Assembly (NCBI GenBank): GCA_963710815.1 | Contig: CAVQCA010000140.1 | Location: 4,801-68,800, forward strand | Source: an uncultured Gammaproteobacteria bacterium | GTDB lineage: Bacteria; Pseudomonadota; Gammaproteobacteria; UBA9214 | Direction: 5' to 3' | DNA length: 64,000 nt | Shown: piece by piece, positions 33,090-43,339 of the stretch | How the letters are laid out: each line of letters opens with the position of its first letter | How positions within the stretch are numbered: the first letter of the stretch is position 1 | Translations under genes and position numbers: made by a program | Notes under the pieces: model-generated | Told to the model about the DNA's origin: nothing | The model's database searches: none | The model's input: the letters and a program-made list of their open reading frames with translations, nothing else

Positions 33090-35720
33090 ATGGCAGAAAA
33101 ATCCTCACCGGCCATCTCACCACCCGATGGCGGCGAACGGAACCGAGCAGACCTCCCGCAGCGATTTCCGGGTCCGCACCGGTCGACGGCAAACAGGATG
33201 GTGCCAGTAGCGGGATACAGACAGTATTCGAACCTGCCGTCAGACAAATCCAGGGCCGTCAGTTCCGCATGTCCCCGGCCAGCGGCCGGTATTGCAGGCC
33301 ATAGAACATTTCCAGGTAGCGCCGTGGTCTCCGCGCGGTCAAGATTCGTGACATAACGCCAGAAGCCGTAGACCCTGGAGAGCGTCATGAGACGTTCCGC
33401 GTAACCCTTCCAGGTGTAGCGCTCCTCGACACGGGCCAGTCCGCCCCGGCTGATACGGTCCCATTCAAGCGGGTCCTGGCGGCAGCGGACGAAGAAATCC
33501 GCCAGACGCTCGGCGGCGCGGTCGCCGTGGTTGGGATCGATGTGAAAACCCGAGACATTGTCGTCGAATGATCTCCAGTGGTCCGCCGAAGCAGGTCGCG
33601 AAGGTGGGCAGTCCGGAGCTCATGGCCTCGATCACCGTCAGTCCGAAGGCCTCGAACAGCGCCGGCTGGACGAAGGCGCCGCGGTGATCGGCAACGCACG
33701 CGGTACAGCTCGCCGGCGAACGCCTTTCTCCAGGTGCATCCCCAGCCAGCGCACCTGGCCATCGAGGCCGTATTCGTCCATGAGCCCGTGCATGCGACTC
33801 GAGTCTGTTCACGCTCCTCGGCGTCGTTCGGAACGCGCCGGATCGACGTGCCCCGCCACCACCAGCAGATTGGCTGGCCTCACGCAGGGCCTCCGATTCG
33901 GCCGTACCACTGCACCAGACCGGTGATGTTCTTGATCAGGATCCATGCGCGCCATGGTGAAGATCAGCGGCTTGTCGCGCTCGGCCAGCCGCCGCGGATA
34001 TCCCGGCCCCGTCCTCGCTGCCGAAGAGCAGCTCGCTCGAAATCCCGGCAAGGTGCGTCAGGCGCCTCTCGCTATCGGTCGGCTGGGAAATAGACCTCGG
34101 GGTCGGCGCCGGGCGAGACGATATTGAACTTCGGGATCGAAGACATCGATGCCGTAGCACCACGCGGTAAAGCCCCGGCAGGGTATAAGCGGAATTGTAC
34201 GCCTCGTACTGGCCGACGCTGTCCCCGGTGCCGGCGATCTCCTGGTAGGTGGAGGTGATGATGAAGTCCGCCATATTCATGGCGATCAGGTCGGCGGTAA
34301 ACTGGCTGGAGAAGTGGTAGCTGCGCCTCGTTGTCTCGCCAGTAGAGGTCGGAGTACAGGTACTTGGTCTTCTCCAGCGCGTGGGCGATGTTGCACTGGG
34401 TCACGCCGAGCCGTGCGCGACATCAGCGAAGCCACCAGGTTGCCGTCGGAGTAGTTGCCGATGATAAGGTCGGGCCGATCGCCCAGTTCCGCCAGCACCT
34501 CCCGCTCGGCATCGCTGGCGAAGCGCTCCAGGTAGGGCCAGATCTCGAAGCGCGAGATCCATTGCGGCACCACCTCGCCGGCCTCGTTGCGAAAGGGTAC
34601 ACGCAGGATGCGGGCGTTGTGGGTGCCGGTGATCGGCTCGAGGCGCTGGTCACAGGACGTCCCCTCGGCCTCGGGGATCAGGCGCGTCACCACCAGGATC
34701 TGCGGCTCGATTTCGAGGCCCTGCTCGCTCACGCGCTGACGCATCTCGCGCTCCAGGGCGCGCACCTGGTCGAGGATGTAGACCACCTGGCCACCGGTGT
34801 CCGGGCGGCCCAGCACGTCGGACTGGCCGAACCAGCCGTGCGGGGACAGGATGACGATGGAGAAGATCATCGGGATGCGTGCCAGGAAGGCCTCCAGGTT
34901 GCCCGGCGAGGGGGCCTCCAGAATATCGAGCAGCAATTGCATGGTCTCGATCATGCCTTGCGCGTCCCGACCCCAGCCGGGTTCGAAGCCCATGGTGCGC
35001 AGCGCCGGACCAATCTCGTCCCAATCGGCCGACGGGTCCTGGCCGTGCAGGTAATCGTCGGCCTCACGCAGCGCCGAACGCAGTCCGCCGACATCGCGCA
35101 GGGTCTCGTTCAGCATCAACTGCTGCTGCCGGTAGCTGTGTACGCTGAGAAAATCCAGCAGATGCTTGTCACCCTTGCCGAGCTCCTCGAACAGCCGGCT
35201 GGACAGGCGCCGGTTGAGAAACTCCACGCCGCGCCCGATGGAGCGCGATTCGTGCATCTTGGCGAACTCCCGGCTGAACGGCTCGAGATCGATCTCGAGT
35301 ACGAACCGGTCCGGGTTGCGTTCGCCGTTGACCAGGTGCTCCTTGAAGTGCAGAAATTCCTCGACGGGGATCTCATCGAGTGACATCGTCTCGACATGAA
35401 TACGCAGATAGCTCCAGCGTCCAACCCGAACCCGCAGCGCCAGGTAAACCCAGGAAGCATCGACCGCGGCCTCCTGGGCCCACATCATCACCTTGCCCAA
35501 CGGGGTAGCTCTCAGACATTCGCCGTCGGGCTCCGCGCACAGGGCGGCGAGCATATCCTGGATGTCGCTGCGCAGCAGGAACGTCCGCTCCAGCCCCTGC
35601 AGACGATGCATCACCCGGTGTGCCTGGCTGCGCTGTGTTTGCAGGAAATCCTTCAGGGAACCAATCAGCTCGTTGTCCAGTGTCACCCGAGTCTCCAGGC
35701 ATCGATATGGTGATGGTAGA
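33090..35720 (-). pseudogene. susA: Sucrose synthase (GT4), disrupted by multiple frameshifts
   Basis: The N-terminal ~480 aa are intact in track ORF 34286..35809 (..ILSPHGWFGQSDVLGRPDTGGQVVYILDQVRALE..IIGNYSDGNLVAS). The remainder is scattered over at least 6 further frame segments carrying successive sucrose-synthase motifs: ..[19 protein letters not shown] (34072..34404); [32 protein letters not shown] (33936..34280); [16 protein letters not shown] (34072..34404); [24 protein letters not shown] (33809..34051); [33 protein letters not shown] (33465..33812); [17 protein letters not shown] (33038..33388). Confidence 0.65.
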
Positions 35721-36579
35721 ACCCGGGATCCGCGACCGTGGCCCCGCGCACCCCGACGATTGCGGAGGCAAAGTTCTGCGCCCGTTCGAGCGTCAGAGGC
35801 AGCGGCCACCCGCGTGTGAGGCCCACTAGCATTACGCTGGCGAAGGCATCGCCGGCGCCGACGGTGTCCATCACCGCCACGCGTCCCGACGGCGCGACGG
35901 CGGCTTCCTCACCCGCGGTGCTGACCAGCACCGCACCGGCCGCACCCCGCGTCACGATCAGCAGCTCCAGCGCATGCGCCTCCAGCACCTCGCGCATGGC
36001 GCGTCCGGGATCCGTTGCCTGCGGGCGCAGCTGCGCCAGTTCGTCATCGTTGAGCTTCACCCAATCCGCCGCGTCCAGGCACCCGCGCACCGTATCGAGC
36101 GACCACCAGGGGCTGCGCATGTTCACGTCCAGAAATACCCTGCCGCCGGTCTCCTGCCTCAGCCGTTCCAGCGCCTTCCGCGAGTCTTCGCGGCGCAGGG
36201 CAAGGCTGCCATGGTAGAGCACGGCTTCACCGGCCACAGGGGGCAGGGCGCCGGCATCGATAAAATCGTAGGCCTGTCCCGGGAGGATATCGAATCGCGG
36301 CTGGCCGGCATCGAGGGTGATCTCCACCCTGCCGGTGGGGTGGCGGGCATCGAACTGCAGGCCCGAGGTATCCATGCCCCATTCCTGCATGGCGTCAAGG
36401 ATGCGCCGTCCGAGGGTGTCTTCGCCGACGCGCGATACGAACAGCGGAGACATTCCGAAGGCCTGGAGGTGCCAGGCAACATTGAACGGCGCGCCGCCCA
36501 GGACAACGCTCCCGTCGGGAAAACAATCGTAGAGCACCTCTCCGAATATCACGATGCTGTGATCTGACCCCGCCGTCAT
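35683..36579 (-). CDS. frk: Fructokinase (PfkB family sugar kinase)
   Basis: 298 aa, PfkB signatures (IFGEVLYDCF..GGAPFNVA...DTVGAGDAF). Confidence 0.8.
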   Translation of the reverse strand: MTAGSDHSIVIFGEVLYDCFPDGSVVLGGAPFNVAWHLQAFGMSPLFVSRVGEDTLGRRILDAMQEWGMDTSGLQFDARHPTGRVEITLDAGQPRFDILPGQAYDFIDAGALPPVAGEAVLYHGSLALRREDSRKALERLRQETGGRVFLDVNMRSPWWSLDTVRGCLDAADWVKLNDDELAQLRPQATDPGRAMREVLEAHALELLIVTRGAAGAVLVSTAGEEAAVAPSGRVAVMDTVGAGDAFASVMLVGLTRGWPLPLTLERAQNFASAIVGVRGATVADPGFYHHHIDAWRLG

Positions 36580-36790
36580 GGTGTGCTCCCGGCCCCATCC
36601 TGACCGGCCCGTTCCAGGGTCCGGTGCAGGTAATGGATCAGCACACCGGCGCCGTAATTGCCGTTCACGCCAGGGAAACCGTCCTGCCGGACACCTTTAT
36701 CGTGTCGCTGCCGTCGAAGGCGACACTCGCGGCCGCGCGCACTTCCGCAGTCTGGATACGAACACGCCCGTGCAGACAGCAACCGCCCGC

Positions 36791-38935
36791 TCATGCCTCC
36801 GGCACTCCGCAGCTCGAGAAGAACTGGTAGTGCTCGACGGCCTCGAGGATGCCGGCGGCATAGGGCTGGGTGGCGAAATAGATGGTCTTCGTCTCGGTGA
36901 GATTCGACAGCTCCTCGTGGTGCCGGTTTGCCACCACCACGGCCATGGTGTTGCCGCGCATCATGTCCTCATCGGTGCCTGAACCCCCGGCGGCGAGGAT
37001 GTTTTCCAGCGGGATGTCCCAGCGGTTGGCGACCCAGCGCAGGGCGAACCCCTTGGAGGCCCGCGCCGGTACCACGTCCAGGAACTGGCCGAAGGAGAGA
37101 AACATGTTGACCGTCTGCTCATGCTGATGCATCAGACTGATGAGTTCGTCGAGGCTCGGCGCGATGCGCGGGTCGATATAGTAGCTCAGCTTGTAGCGGC
37201 TCTGCTCCGTTTTCGCCTGCAGCCCCAGCCCCGGGGTCTCCGCGAGCAGGCGGGTGACCGCCTTTGGGTTCCACTGATGATCGATGTGCTCGGTCCAGGC
37301 ACGGTCCTCGGTCAGCCGCGGGGCATAGTGGATCTGTGTTCCCAGGCTGGTAATGAGGATGTCCGGTTGCGGTATACCGTACTGACGCATGACGCGCAGC
37401 GCCGAATCGAGGCGTCGTCCGGTGGCGATGCCGAAGGTGGTGCATTTGCGGTAGAGCCGGATCACGGCGATAAAATCCGCCAGCGAGGCGGGATCTCCCA
37501 GCAGGTTCTGGTCGAGATCCGTGAAGATCGCGCGGTCATGATAGAGCCTGACACTTGGCGGCACGGGTGCGCGTGGAGGAATCCTGGCCACCTCCAGCAG
37601 GGGTCGCAACTCTTGCAGGTACTTTTCGACGTGCGCCTCCCAGGAATAATGCCGGCGTACCCCCTCGAGCCCGTTCCCGGACAGTTCACGCCAGATCCCG
37701 CTGTCCCCCAGTACCTTGAGCAGTGCCTCGGCCATGGCCGCCTTGTCGAGCGGGTCGACCAGGTAGCCGTTGCGGCAGTTGCCGATGATGTCCTGCGGCC
37801 CGCCATCGGACGTCGCCACGACCGGCAGGCCGCTGGAGGCGGCCTCGAGCAGGGTGAGGCCGAAGGGTTCCGTCAGGGCCGGATTGACGAACACCCCGCC
37901 CAGGCTCGCCGCCAGGCGGTACAGGAGGGGGACATCATCGGACTGGTGGTGCTTGGGATAGGCTACGCGGCCATAGAGGTCATACTGGTCGATGGTGAGG
38001 AGGATCCCGGTCAGCACTTCCTGGGCGCCTGTTTCCATGTCACGGATCTCGTCGCGATTGCCGGCGATGATGACCAGGTTCGCCGCCTGCTGCAGCGCGG
38101 GCGATTCCCCGTAGGCCTCGACCAGGGTGGCGATGTTCTTGCGGGCATCGGGACGCGACAGCGCCAGTATAAAGGGTTTGTCCGGTTCACTGAGAAATCG
38201 CGCCAGTTCCCGGCGTATCCGCGAGCAGGGCTCCGCCTCTTGCGCGGGGTGGAATCGTTTCAGGTCGACGCCGGGGGGGATGACCGCCATGCGTTCCGGC
38301 TGGTAATGGTTATAGAGCCCGTATTGTTCCTCGATCTCCTGATTGGTACTGGTCACCACCAGTTCCGCCGTGCCGAGGATGTCCTCCTCGATTTCGATGC
38401 GCCGCGTCATGTGGTAGCGCTGTTCGATCATCTCGCGCGACAGTCCGCTCGCCAGCAGGCGCCGGCGCTTCACCCGACCGAGCGAGTGCCCGGTATGCAC
38501 CAGCGGCACACCCAGCAAGTGGGACAGGCGGATGCCGACATACCCACCGTCTGCGTAGTGGCTGTGAATGATGTCCGGCGTACGACCATGCTCCCTCAGA
38601 TAGCTCGTGGCATTGTCGGCAAAATTGTCGAGGCTGTCCCACAGCTGCTCCTTGGGAATGTAGCCCTCGTCTCCGCAGTCGATGCGCACGATCCGCACCT
38701 TTTCGGACAGCGGCTCTTCCCTGAGGGCATAATTCGTGCTCAACCCCGGGTCAACGACCCGCCGGGTCATGATATCCACGTGGGCAACACCGGCACTTTT
38801 CCCGAGGGCGCGGGCAAGTTCCACCACGTATTGGGTCTGGCCGCCGGTATCGGCATCCCGGCCGAGTTCAAGGTCATGCCCGCGAATCAGACCGTGGACA
38901 CTGATGAGAAGTATGTAGATCCTGTCTGCTGCCAT
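36791..38935 (-). CDS. sps: Sucrose-phosphate synthase with C-terminal sucrose-phosphatase-like (HAD) domain
   Basis: ~714 aa; GT4 SPS motifs (ILLISVHGLIRG..DTGGQTQYVVELARAL...EPFGLTLLEAASSGLPVVAT) then a HAD-like C-terminal domain. Start at in-frame ATG 38935 (MAADRIYILLISVHG); track start 38968. Confidence 0.8.
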   Translation of the reverse strand: MAADRIYILLISVHGLIRGHDLELGRDADTGGQTQYVVELARALGKSAGVAHVDIMTRRVVDPGLSTNYALREEPLSEKVRIVRIDCGDEGYIPKEQLWDSLDNFADNATSYLREHGRTPDIIHSHYADGGYVGIRLSHLLGVPLVHTGHSLGRVKRRRLLASGLSREMIEQRYHMTRRIEIEEDILGTAELVVTSTNQEIEEQYGLYNHYQPERMAVIPPGVDLKRFHPAQEAEPCSRIRRELARFLSEPDKPFILALSRPDARKNIATLVEAYGESPALQQAANLVIIAGNRDEIRDMETGAQEVLTGILLTIDQYDLYGRVAYPKHHQSDDVPLLYRLAASLGGVFVNPALTEPFGLTLLEAASSGLPVVATSDGGPQDIIGNCRNGYLVDPLDKAAMAEALLKVLGDSGIWRELSGNGLEGVRRHYSWEAHVEKYLQELRPLLEVARIPPRAPVPPSVRLYHDRAIFTDLDQNLLGDPASLADFIAVIRLYRKCTTFGIATGRRLDSALRVMRQYGIPQPDILITSLGTQIHYAPRLTEDRAWTEHIDHQWNPKAVTRLLAETPGLGLQAKTEQSRYKLSYYIDPRIAPSLDELISLMHQHEQTVNMFLSFGQFLDVVPARASKGFALRWVANRWDIPLENILAAGGSGTDEDMMRGNTMAVVVANRHHEELSNLTETKTIYFATQPYAAGILEAVEHYQFFSSCGVPEA

Positions 38936-39159
38936 AATGGAGATCCCTGTCCAGAACCGGTCACGCAATTCTACCCGGGTGGACGCATGAGGGCCACCAC
39001 CGTAACAAAATACTACTTAATAATCAATGTTATATATTTTCAACCAAACAGGCCGGCCTGATCGGGACCAGCACGTTGACTTGCAGGCGGCACGTCAAAC
39101 TGCTATAAAGCGCCCTCCCTCGCGGGGGAGTTTCCGTTAAACCATCAGGAATTTCAGCA

Positions 39160-39396
39160 ATGTCCAGAGTATGCCAGGTCACGGGGAAACGGCCGATGTA
39201 CGGCAATAACGTATCCCATGCCAATAACAAGACGCGGCGGCGTTTCCTGCCCAATCTGCATGAACACCGTTTCTGGGTGGACGGTGAGAAGCGCTGGGTG
39301 ACGTTGCGCGTTTCCGGCAAGGGCATGCGCATCATCGACAAACGGGGCATCGACGCGGTGCTGGCGGACATCCGCGCCCGCGGCGTAAAGGTCTAG
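39160..39396 (+). CDS. rpmB: 50S ribosomal protein L28
   Basis: 78 aa, [29 protein letters not shown]. Confidence 0.9.
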   Translation: MSRVCQVTGKRPMYGNNVSHANNKTRRRFLPNLHEHRFWVDGEKRWVTLRVSGKGMRIIDKRGIDAVLADIRARGVKV

Positions 39397-39415
39397 AACG
39401 ATCCAGGAGTCTCCC

Positions 39416-39571
39416 ATGCGTGACAAGATCAAACTCATCTCCAGCGCCGGCACCGGCCATTACTACACCACGACCAAGAACAAGCGCACCATGCCGGAAA
39501 AAATGGAAATCAAGAAATTCGATCCGGTGGTCCGCAAGCACGTGATCTACAAGGAAGGCAAGATCAAGTGA
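39416..39571 (+). CDS. rpmG: 50S ribosomal protein L33
   Basis: 51-aa ORF ([51 protein letters not shown]) read directly. Not in the track because it is under 60 aa. Confidence 0.85.
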   Translation: MRDKIKLISSAGTGHYYTTTKNKRTMPEKMEIKKFDPVVRKHVIYKEGKIK

Positions 39572-39593
39572 CCGGTCGACGCACCGACCGCCA

Positions 39594-39627
39594 ATAAAAA
39601 AACCCGGCTTTGCCGGGTTTTTTATTG
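39594..39627. terminator. Bidirectional rho-independent terminator (rpmG / desaturase)
   Basis: AAAAAAACCCGGCTTTGCCGGGTTTTTTATT: GC stem flanked by A-run and T-run, serving convergent genes. Confidence 0.7.
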
Positions 39628-39670
39628 GCCTCGCCGCGCCCCGAGGGAGGCAGTGGGGCAATCACCCCTG

Positions 39671-40891
39671 TCAGGCCGTCTTGACGCTGTAACCGCGCAG
39701 GCGCCCGGCAAACTCCCGCAGAGAGGAAATCCCCGTGGCCTCGGCCTGCAGGCACCACTCCTGCAGCGCCTTGATCAGGCTCTCCTGGCTGGTCGTCTTG
39801 CGGGCCCAGATCGCCTGCAGCTGCTGCCGGTACTGGTAGACGGTCCGCAGGGTGTTGAACTGGGCAAGCAGGCCATCCAGGCGGTGGCGGGCAACCTCGT
39901 CAACCGGCGAGGGCTCGCGGATCAACAACGCGCGCATGCGCCTGAGCGTCCCGCCGCTGCAGGAGCCTTCCGCCTGCCGGCATTCCTGTTTCAGCACGGG
40001 CAGCATGACTTCGCGGGCATAATTGGCCATGACGTGCATGCGATTGAGCACCACGGCGCGCACGGTATCCATGTCGATGCTGTGCTTTCCGGCGATGATG
40101 ACCGGCCGCGGGAGGACCTTCTTGACCCTGGCCAGGCCCAGCAATGACAGCAGGCGGATCCACAACCAGCCCAGGTCGAACTCCCACCACTTGCAGGAGA
40201 ACCGCGCCGAGGCCGGGAAGGCATGATGGTTGGCATGCAGTTCCTCGCCGCCGATGATGATGGCCAGCGGCGTGATGTTGCGCGAGGCATCCGGGGTCTC
40301 GAAATTGCGGTAACCCCACCAGTGGCCCACACCGTTGATCACACCGGCTGCCCAGAAGGGAATCCATACCATCTGCACCGCAAAGAGCACCAGGCCGAGG
40401 CTGCCGAACAGCACGACATCCAGCAACAGCATCAGCGTGACGCCCAACCCGGGGAAGCGGGCATAGACATGGCGCTCCACCCAGTCGGCCGGGGTGAGGT
40501 GCCCGTAGTGTTCGAGCGTCTCCTCGTTGGTGGCTTCCTTCCGGTAAAGTTCCGAACCCTCCCACATCACCTTGCGGATGCCGAGCACCTGGGGGCTGTG
40601 CGGATCCTCCGGGGTCTCGCATTTCGCGTGATGCTTGCGATGCACGGCGACCCATTCGCGCGTCACCATGCCGGTGGTCATCCACAGCCAGAAGCGGAAG
40701 AAATGGCTGATCACGGGATGCAGGTCAAGTGCGCGATGCGCCTGGTGCCGGTGCAGATAGATGGTGACGCCGGCGATGGTCACCTGGGTCAGTACCAGCC
40801 CCGTGAGGGTGACTCCGACCCATGACAGATGGGTAAATCCGCCGTTACTCAGGAATTCAAAAAGGGTATCAAGCATGCCGTTTAGCCTCAA
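39671..40891 (-). CDS. Membrane fatty-acid desaturase (DesA-like, three histidine boxes)
   Basis: 406 aa; HRHQAH, HRKHH and HANHH boxes; multiple TM segments. Confidence 0.75.
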   Translation of the reverse strand: MRLNGMLDTLFEFLSNGGFTHLSWVGVTLTGLVLTQVTIAGVTIYLHRHQAHRALDLHPVISHFFRFWLWMTTGMVTREWVAVHRKHHAKCETPEDPHSPQVLGIRKVMWEGSELYRKEATNEETLEHYGHLTPADWVERHVYARFPGLGVTLMLLLDVVLFGSLGLVLFAVQMVWIPFWAAGVINGVGHWWGYRNFETPDASRNITPLAIIIGGEELHANHHAFPASARFSCKWWEFDLGWLWIRLLSLLGLARVKKVLPRPVIIAGKHSIDMDTVRAVVLNRMHVMANYAREVMLPVLKQECRQAEGSCSGGTLRRMRALLIREPSPVDEVARHRLDGLLAQFNTLRTVYQYRQQLQAIWARKTTSQESLIKALQEWCLQAEATGISSLREFAGRLRGYSVKTA

Positions 40892-41152
40892 AAAATTTAT
40901 CCGGACAACGTCCGTTCACGATGACGTCTTTCCCGCACCGTCAGGCCTCCTGTCAATGATTGCATGAAATGTCAAATGCCATTCGCAGGTACACGTCTGC
41001 GTCTGCAACAAATGCAGATTTTCCGGGAGTCTGTCGGATTTGTGCGATCGAAGCGAGCCTGCGCCAATGGGCTGTGTGCTAATTGGGCCGTCGCGGAATC
41101 TGAAGTTATTGTGAAGGACCACTGGCGCATAGTGTATCACGATACGTGACCG

Positions 41153-43114
41153 TTAGCGCTCGACCTCGAGCTGCAGATTTCCCGTTTCGTCCACGCGGCA
41201 ACGCCAGCCGGCGGGCAGATAGGTGGTCGCGACGGTTTCGGTGATCAGGGCCGGGCCGGTGACGAGCTGTGCGCTTTGCAAGTGCTCGCGCCGCCACACC
41301 GGCACGTCATCCGCATAACCGGCCAGTCGGGCATACTGCGGTCCCACGGCGCCCCCGGTCCGCTCTGCCAGCTTCGGCAGGGTGATGTCGGGCGGCCGTC
41401 CGTGCAGGCTGGCGCGGATATTGACCAGCTCGACCGGCGTGCCCAGCCGGTGACCATAACGCCGTTCATGCTCCTCATGGAAGGCCTCTCGAGTCCGCCC
41501 CACATCCCTCCAGGGCAGGGTAAGCGTAGCGGTCTGTCCCTGGTAGCGGAGATCGACCTTGAAATCAGCGTCGATGTCCGCGGCCGCGACACCTTCTGCG
41601 AACAATTCCCGCCGGCCCCGCTCCGCCAGGGACTGCAACTCCTCCCGCAACGGCCCTTCATCGGCTTCCGCCAGTAATCCGGCGCGGGTGCGCGACAACT
41701 GCCGCGCGCGCGGGGCCACCAGCATGCCGAGGGCGGAAAGCACGCCGGCGTGCACCGGCACCAGGGCACGATGCATGCCGAGGGCCTCGGCAAGGGCGCA
41801 CACGTGCAGGCCGCCGGCCCCGCCGAAGGAGACCAGCACGTGCTCGCGCGGGTCCACGCCGCGCTGCACCGAGATCACCCGCAGCGCCTGGACCATATGC
41901 TCATTGGCAATCCGGATGATGCCCGCGGCGGCTTCCTCCACGCCCAGGCCGAGTCGCGCGGCGATGGCCGCGACGGCTCGCACTGCGGCGGGCGTATCAA
42001 GCGTCATGGCGCCACCCAGGAAGGCCTCCGGGCGCAGCCGTCCAAGCACCAGGTTGGCATCGGTCACCGTCGCGGCCGTGCCGCCCTGCCCGTAGCAGGC
42101 CGGACCCGGTGCTGCACCCGCCGATTCGGGTCCCACCTGCAGCAGGCCGCCGCTGTCGACCATGGCAATGGAGCCGCCGCCCGCACCGATGGTATGCATG
42201 TCCACCATGGGCACCGCCACCGGCCAGGGACCGATGCGGCCCTCGGAGGTCAACCGAATGTCGCCCTCGATCAGGGCCACGTCGGTCGAGGTCCCACCCA
42301 TGTCGAAGGTCAGCAAGCGGGACTCGCCGGCCTGCCGGGCGATAAAGCGCGCGCCCATCAGGCCGCCGGCCGGACCGGAAAGCAGCAGGTGCACCGCCTT
42401 GCGGCCGGCCTGCTCCGCGCCGACCGTGCCGCCGGAACTCTGCATGACGGCGACCGTCGCAGGCCGCAGGGCCCGGCCGAGACGTTCGAGGTAACCCGCC
42501 ACCAGCGGACCGACCCAGGCGGTGAGCCAGGTGGCGATGCCGCGTTCGTACTCCCGGTATTCCGGCAGAACCTCGGAGGAAAGCGCGACGAACAGACCCT
42601 CGGGCAGCCACGAGGCAATCGTGCGTTCATCCGTATCGTCGAGAAAGGAGTACAACAGATTGATTGCCACCGCTGCGGGCTGCAGCTCGGCGACCTGCCG
42701 CAGGATCGCCTCCCGATCCGCCGCATCCAGCGCCCCGACCCGCATCCCGTCGGCGCCGAGGCGAGCACCTACCTCCAGGCACAACGCGCGCGGCACCGGC
42801 GGGGGCTGTGGCTCGGGCTGCAGATCGTAGAGTTCGCGGCGCGCCTGGCGCCCGAGGGTGAGCACGTCACGCAAGCCGCGGTTGGCGATGTAGACGGTGC
42901 GCACCCCCTTGCGCTCCAGCACGGCATTGGTGGCCACGGTCGAGCCATGCACGACCCGCAGTCCCGGCAGGCTCAGTCCGAGATCGCGAATACCCCGCAG
43001 GATCGCTTCCTCCGGGGCCTGCGGCGTGGACAACACCTTGTGCACCCGCAGCGCCCGCCCGTCGAGAAGCACGAAATCGGTAAACGTCCCGCCGGTGTCA
43101 ACTCCCAGCCACAT
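41153..43114 (-). CDS. Hydantoinase A / oxoprolinase family protein (HyuA-like), no adjacent B subunit
   Basis: 653 aa, N-terminus MWLGVDTGGTFTDFVLL typical of the hydantoinase_A/ROK-like ATPase fold. Confidence 0.75.
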   Translation of the reverse strand: MWLGVDTGGTFTDFVLLDGRALRVHKVLSTPQAPEEAILRGIRDLGLSLPGLRVVHGSTVATNAVLERKGVRTVYIANRGLRDVLTLGRQARRELYDLQPEPQPPPVPRALCLEVGARLGADGMRVGALDAADREAILRQVAELQPAAVAINLLYSFLDDTDERTIASWLPEGLFVALSSEVLPEYREYERGIATWLTAWVGPLVAGYLERLGRALRPATVAVMQSSGGTVGAEQAGRKAVHLLLSGPAGGLMGARFIARQAGESRLLTFDMGGTSTDVALIEGDIRLTSEGRIGPWPVAVPMVDMHTIGAGGGSIAMVDSGGLLQVGPESAGAAPGPACYGQGGTAATVTDANLVLGRLRPEAFLGGAMTLDTPAAVRAVAAIAARLGLGVEEAAAGIIRIANEHMVQALRVISVQRGVDPREHVLVSFGGAGGLHVCALAEALGMHRALVPVHAGVLSALGMLVAPRARQLSRTRAGLLAEADEGPLREELQSLAERGRRELFAEGVAAADIDADFKVDLRYQGQTATLTLPWRDVGRTREAFHEEHERRYGHRLGTPVELVNIRASLHGRPPDITLPKLAERTGGAVGPQYARLAGYADDVPVWRREHLQSAQLVTGPALITETVATTYLPAGWRCRVDETGNLQLEVER

Positions 43115-43339
43115 GATTATTACCGATTACCGCTAGAGGCGTTTCCGGAGGCCGCCCTTCTCCACCGTGGCTGGATTTCAGGGGTAAACGGGTGATTGTT
43201 TTTCCCGGAGGTGAACCTTTCCGGCAGTGCAGGATCGGATGTGGCTGGCGGCGTCGACGGCATGGTGAATCCACTTAACAATGGGCGAACCGGGAGTATA
43301 ATCCGCGCCTCGTGCTAGTCTATCGGATCGTCTGTTCCC

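Noticed and set aside
34364-35383. 339-aa plus-strand ORF antisense to the susA N-terminal half
   Set aside because: The minus strand carries unmistakable sucrose-synthase motifs; the plus translation is low-complexity.
37121-39061. 646-aa plus-strand ORF antisense to sps
   Set aside because: Opposite strand to a full-length GT4 SPS with HAD domain; no domain signal.
41750-43195. 481-aa plus-strand ORF antisense to the hydantoinase gene
   Set aside because: Arg/Gly/His-rich junk opposite a well-supported HyuA-like CDS.
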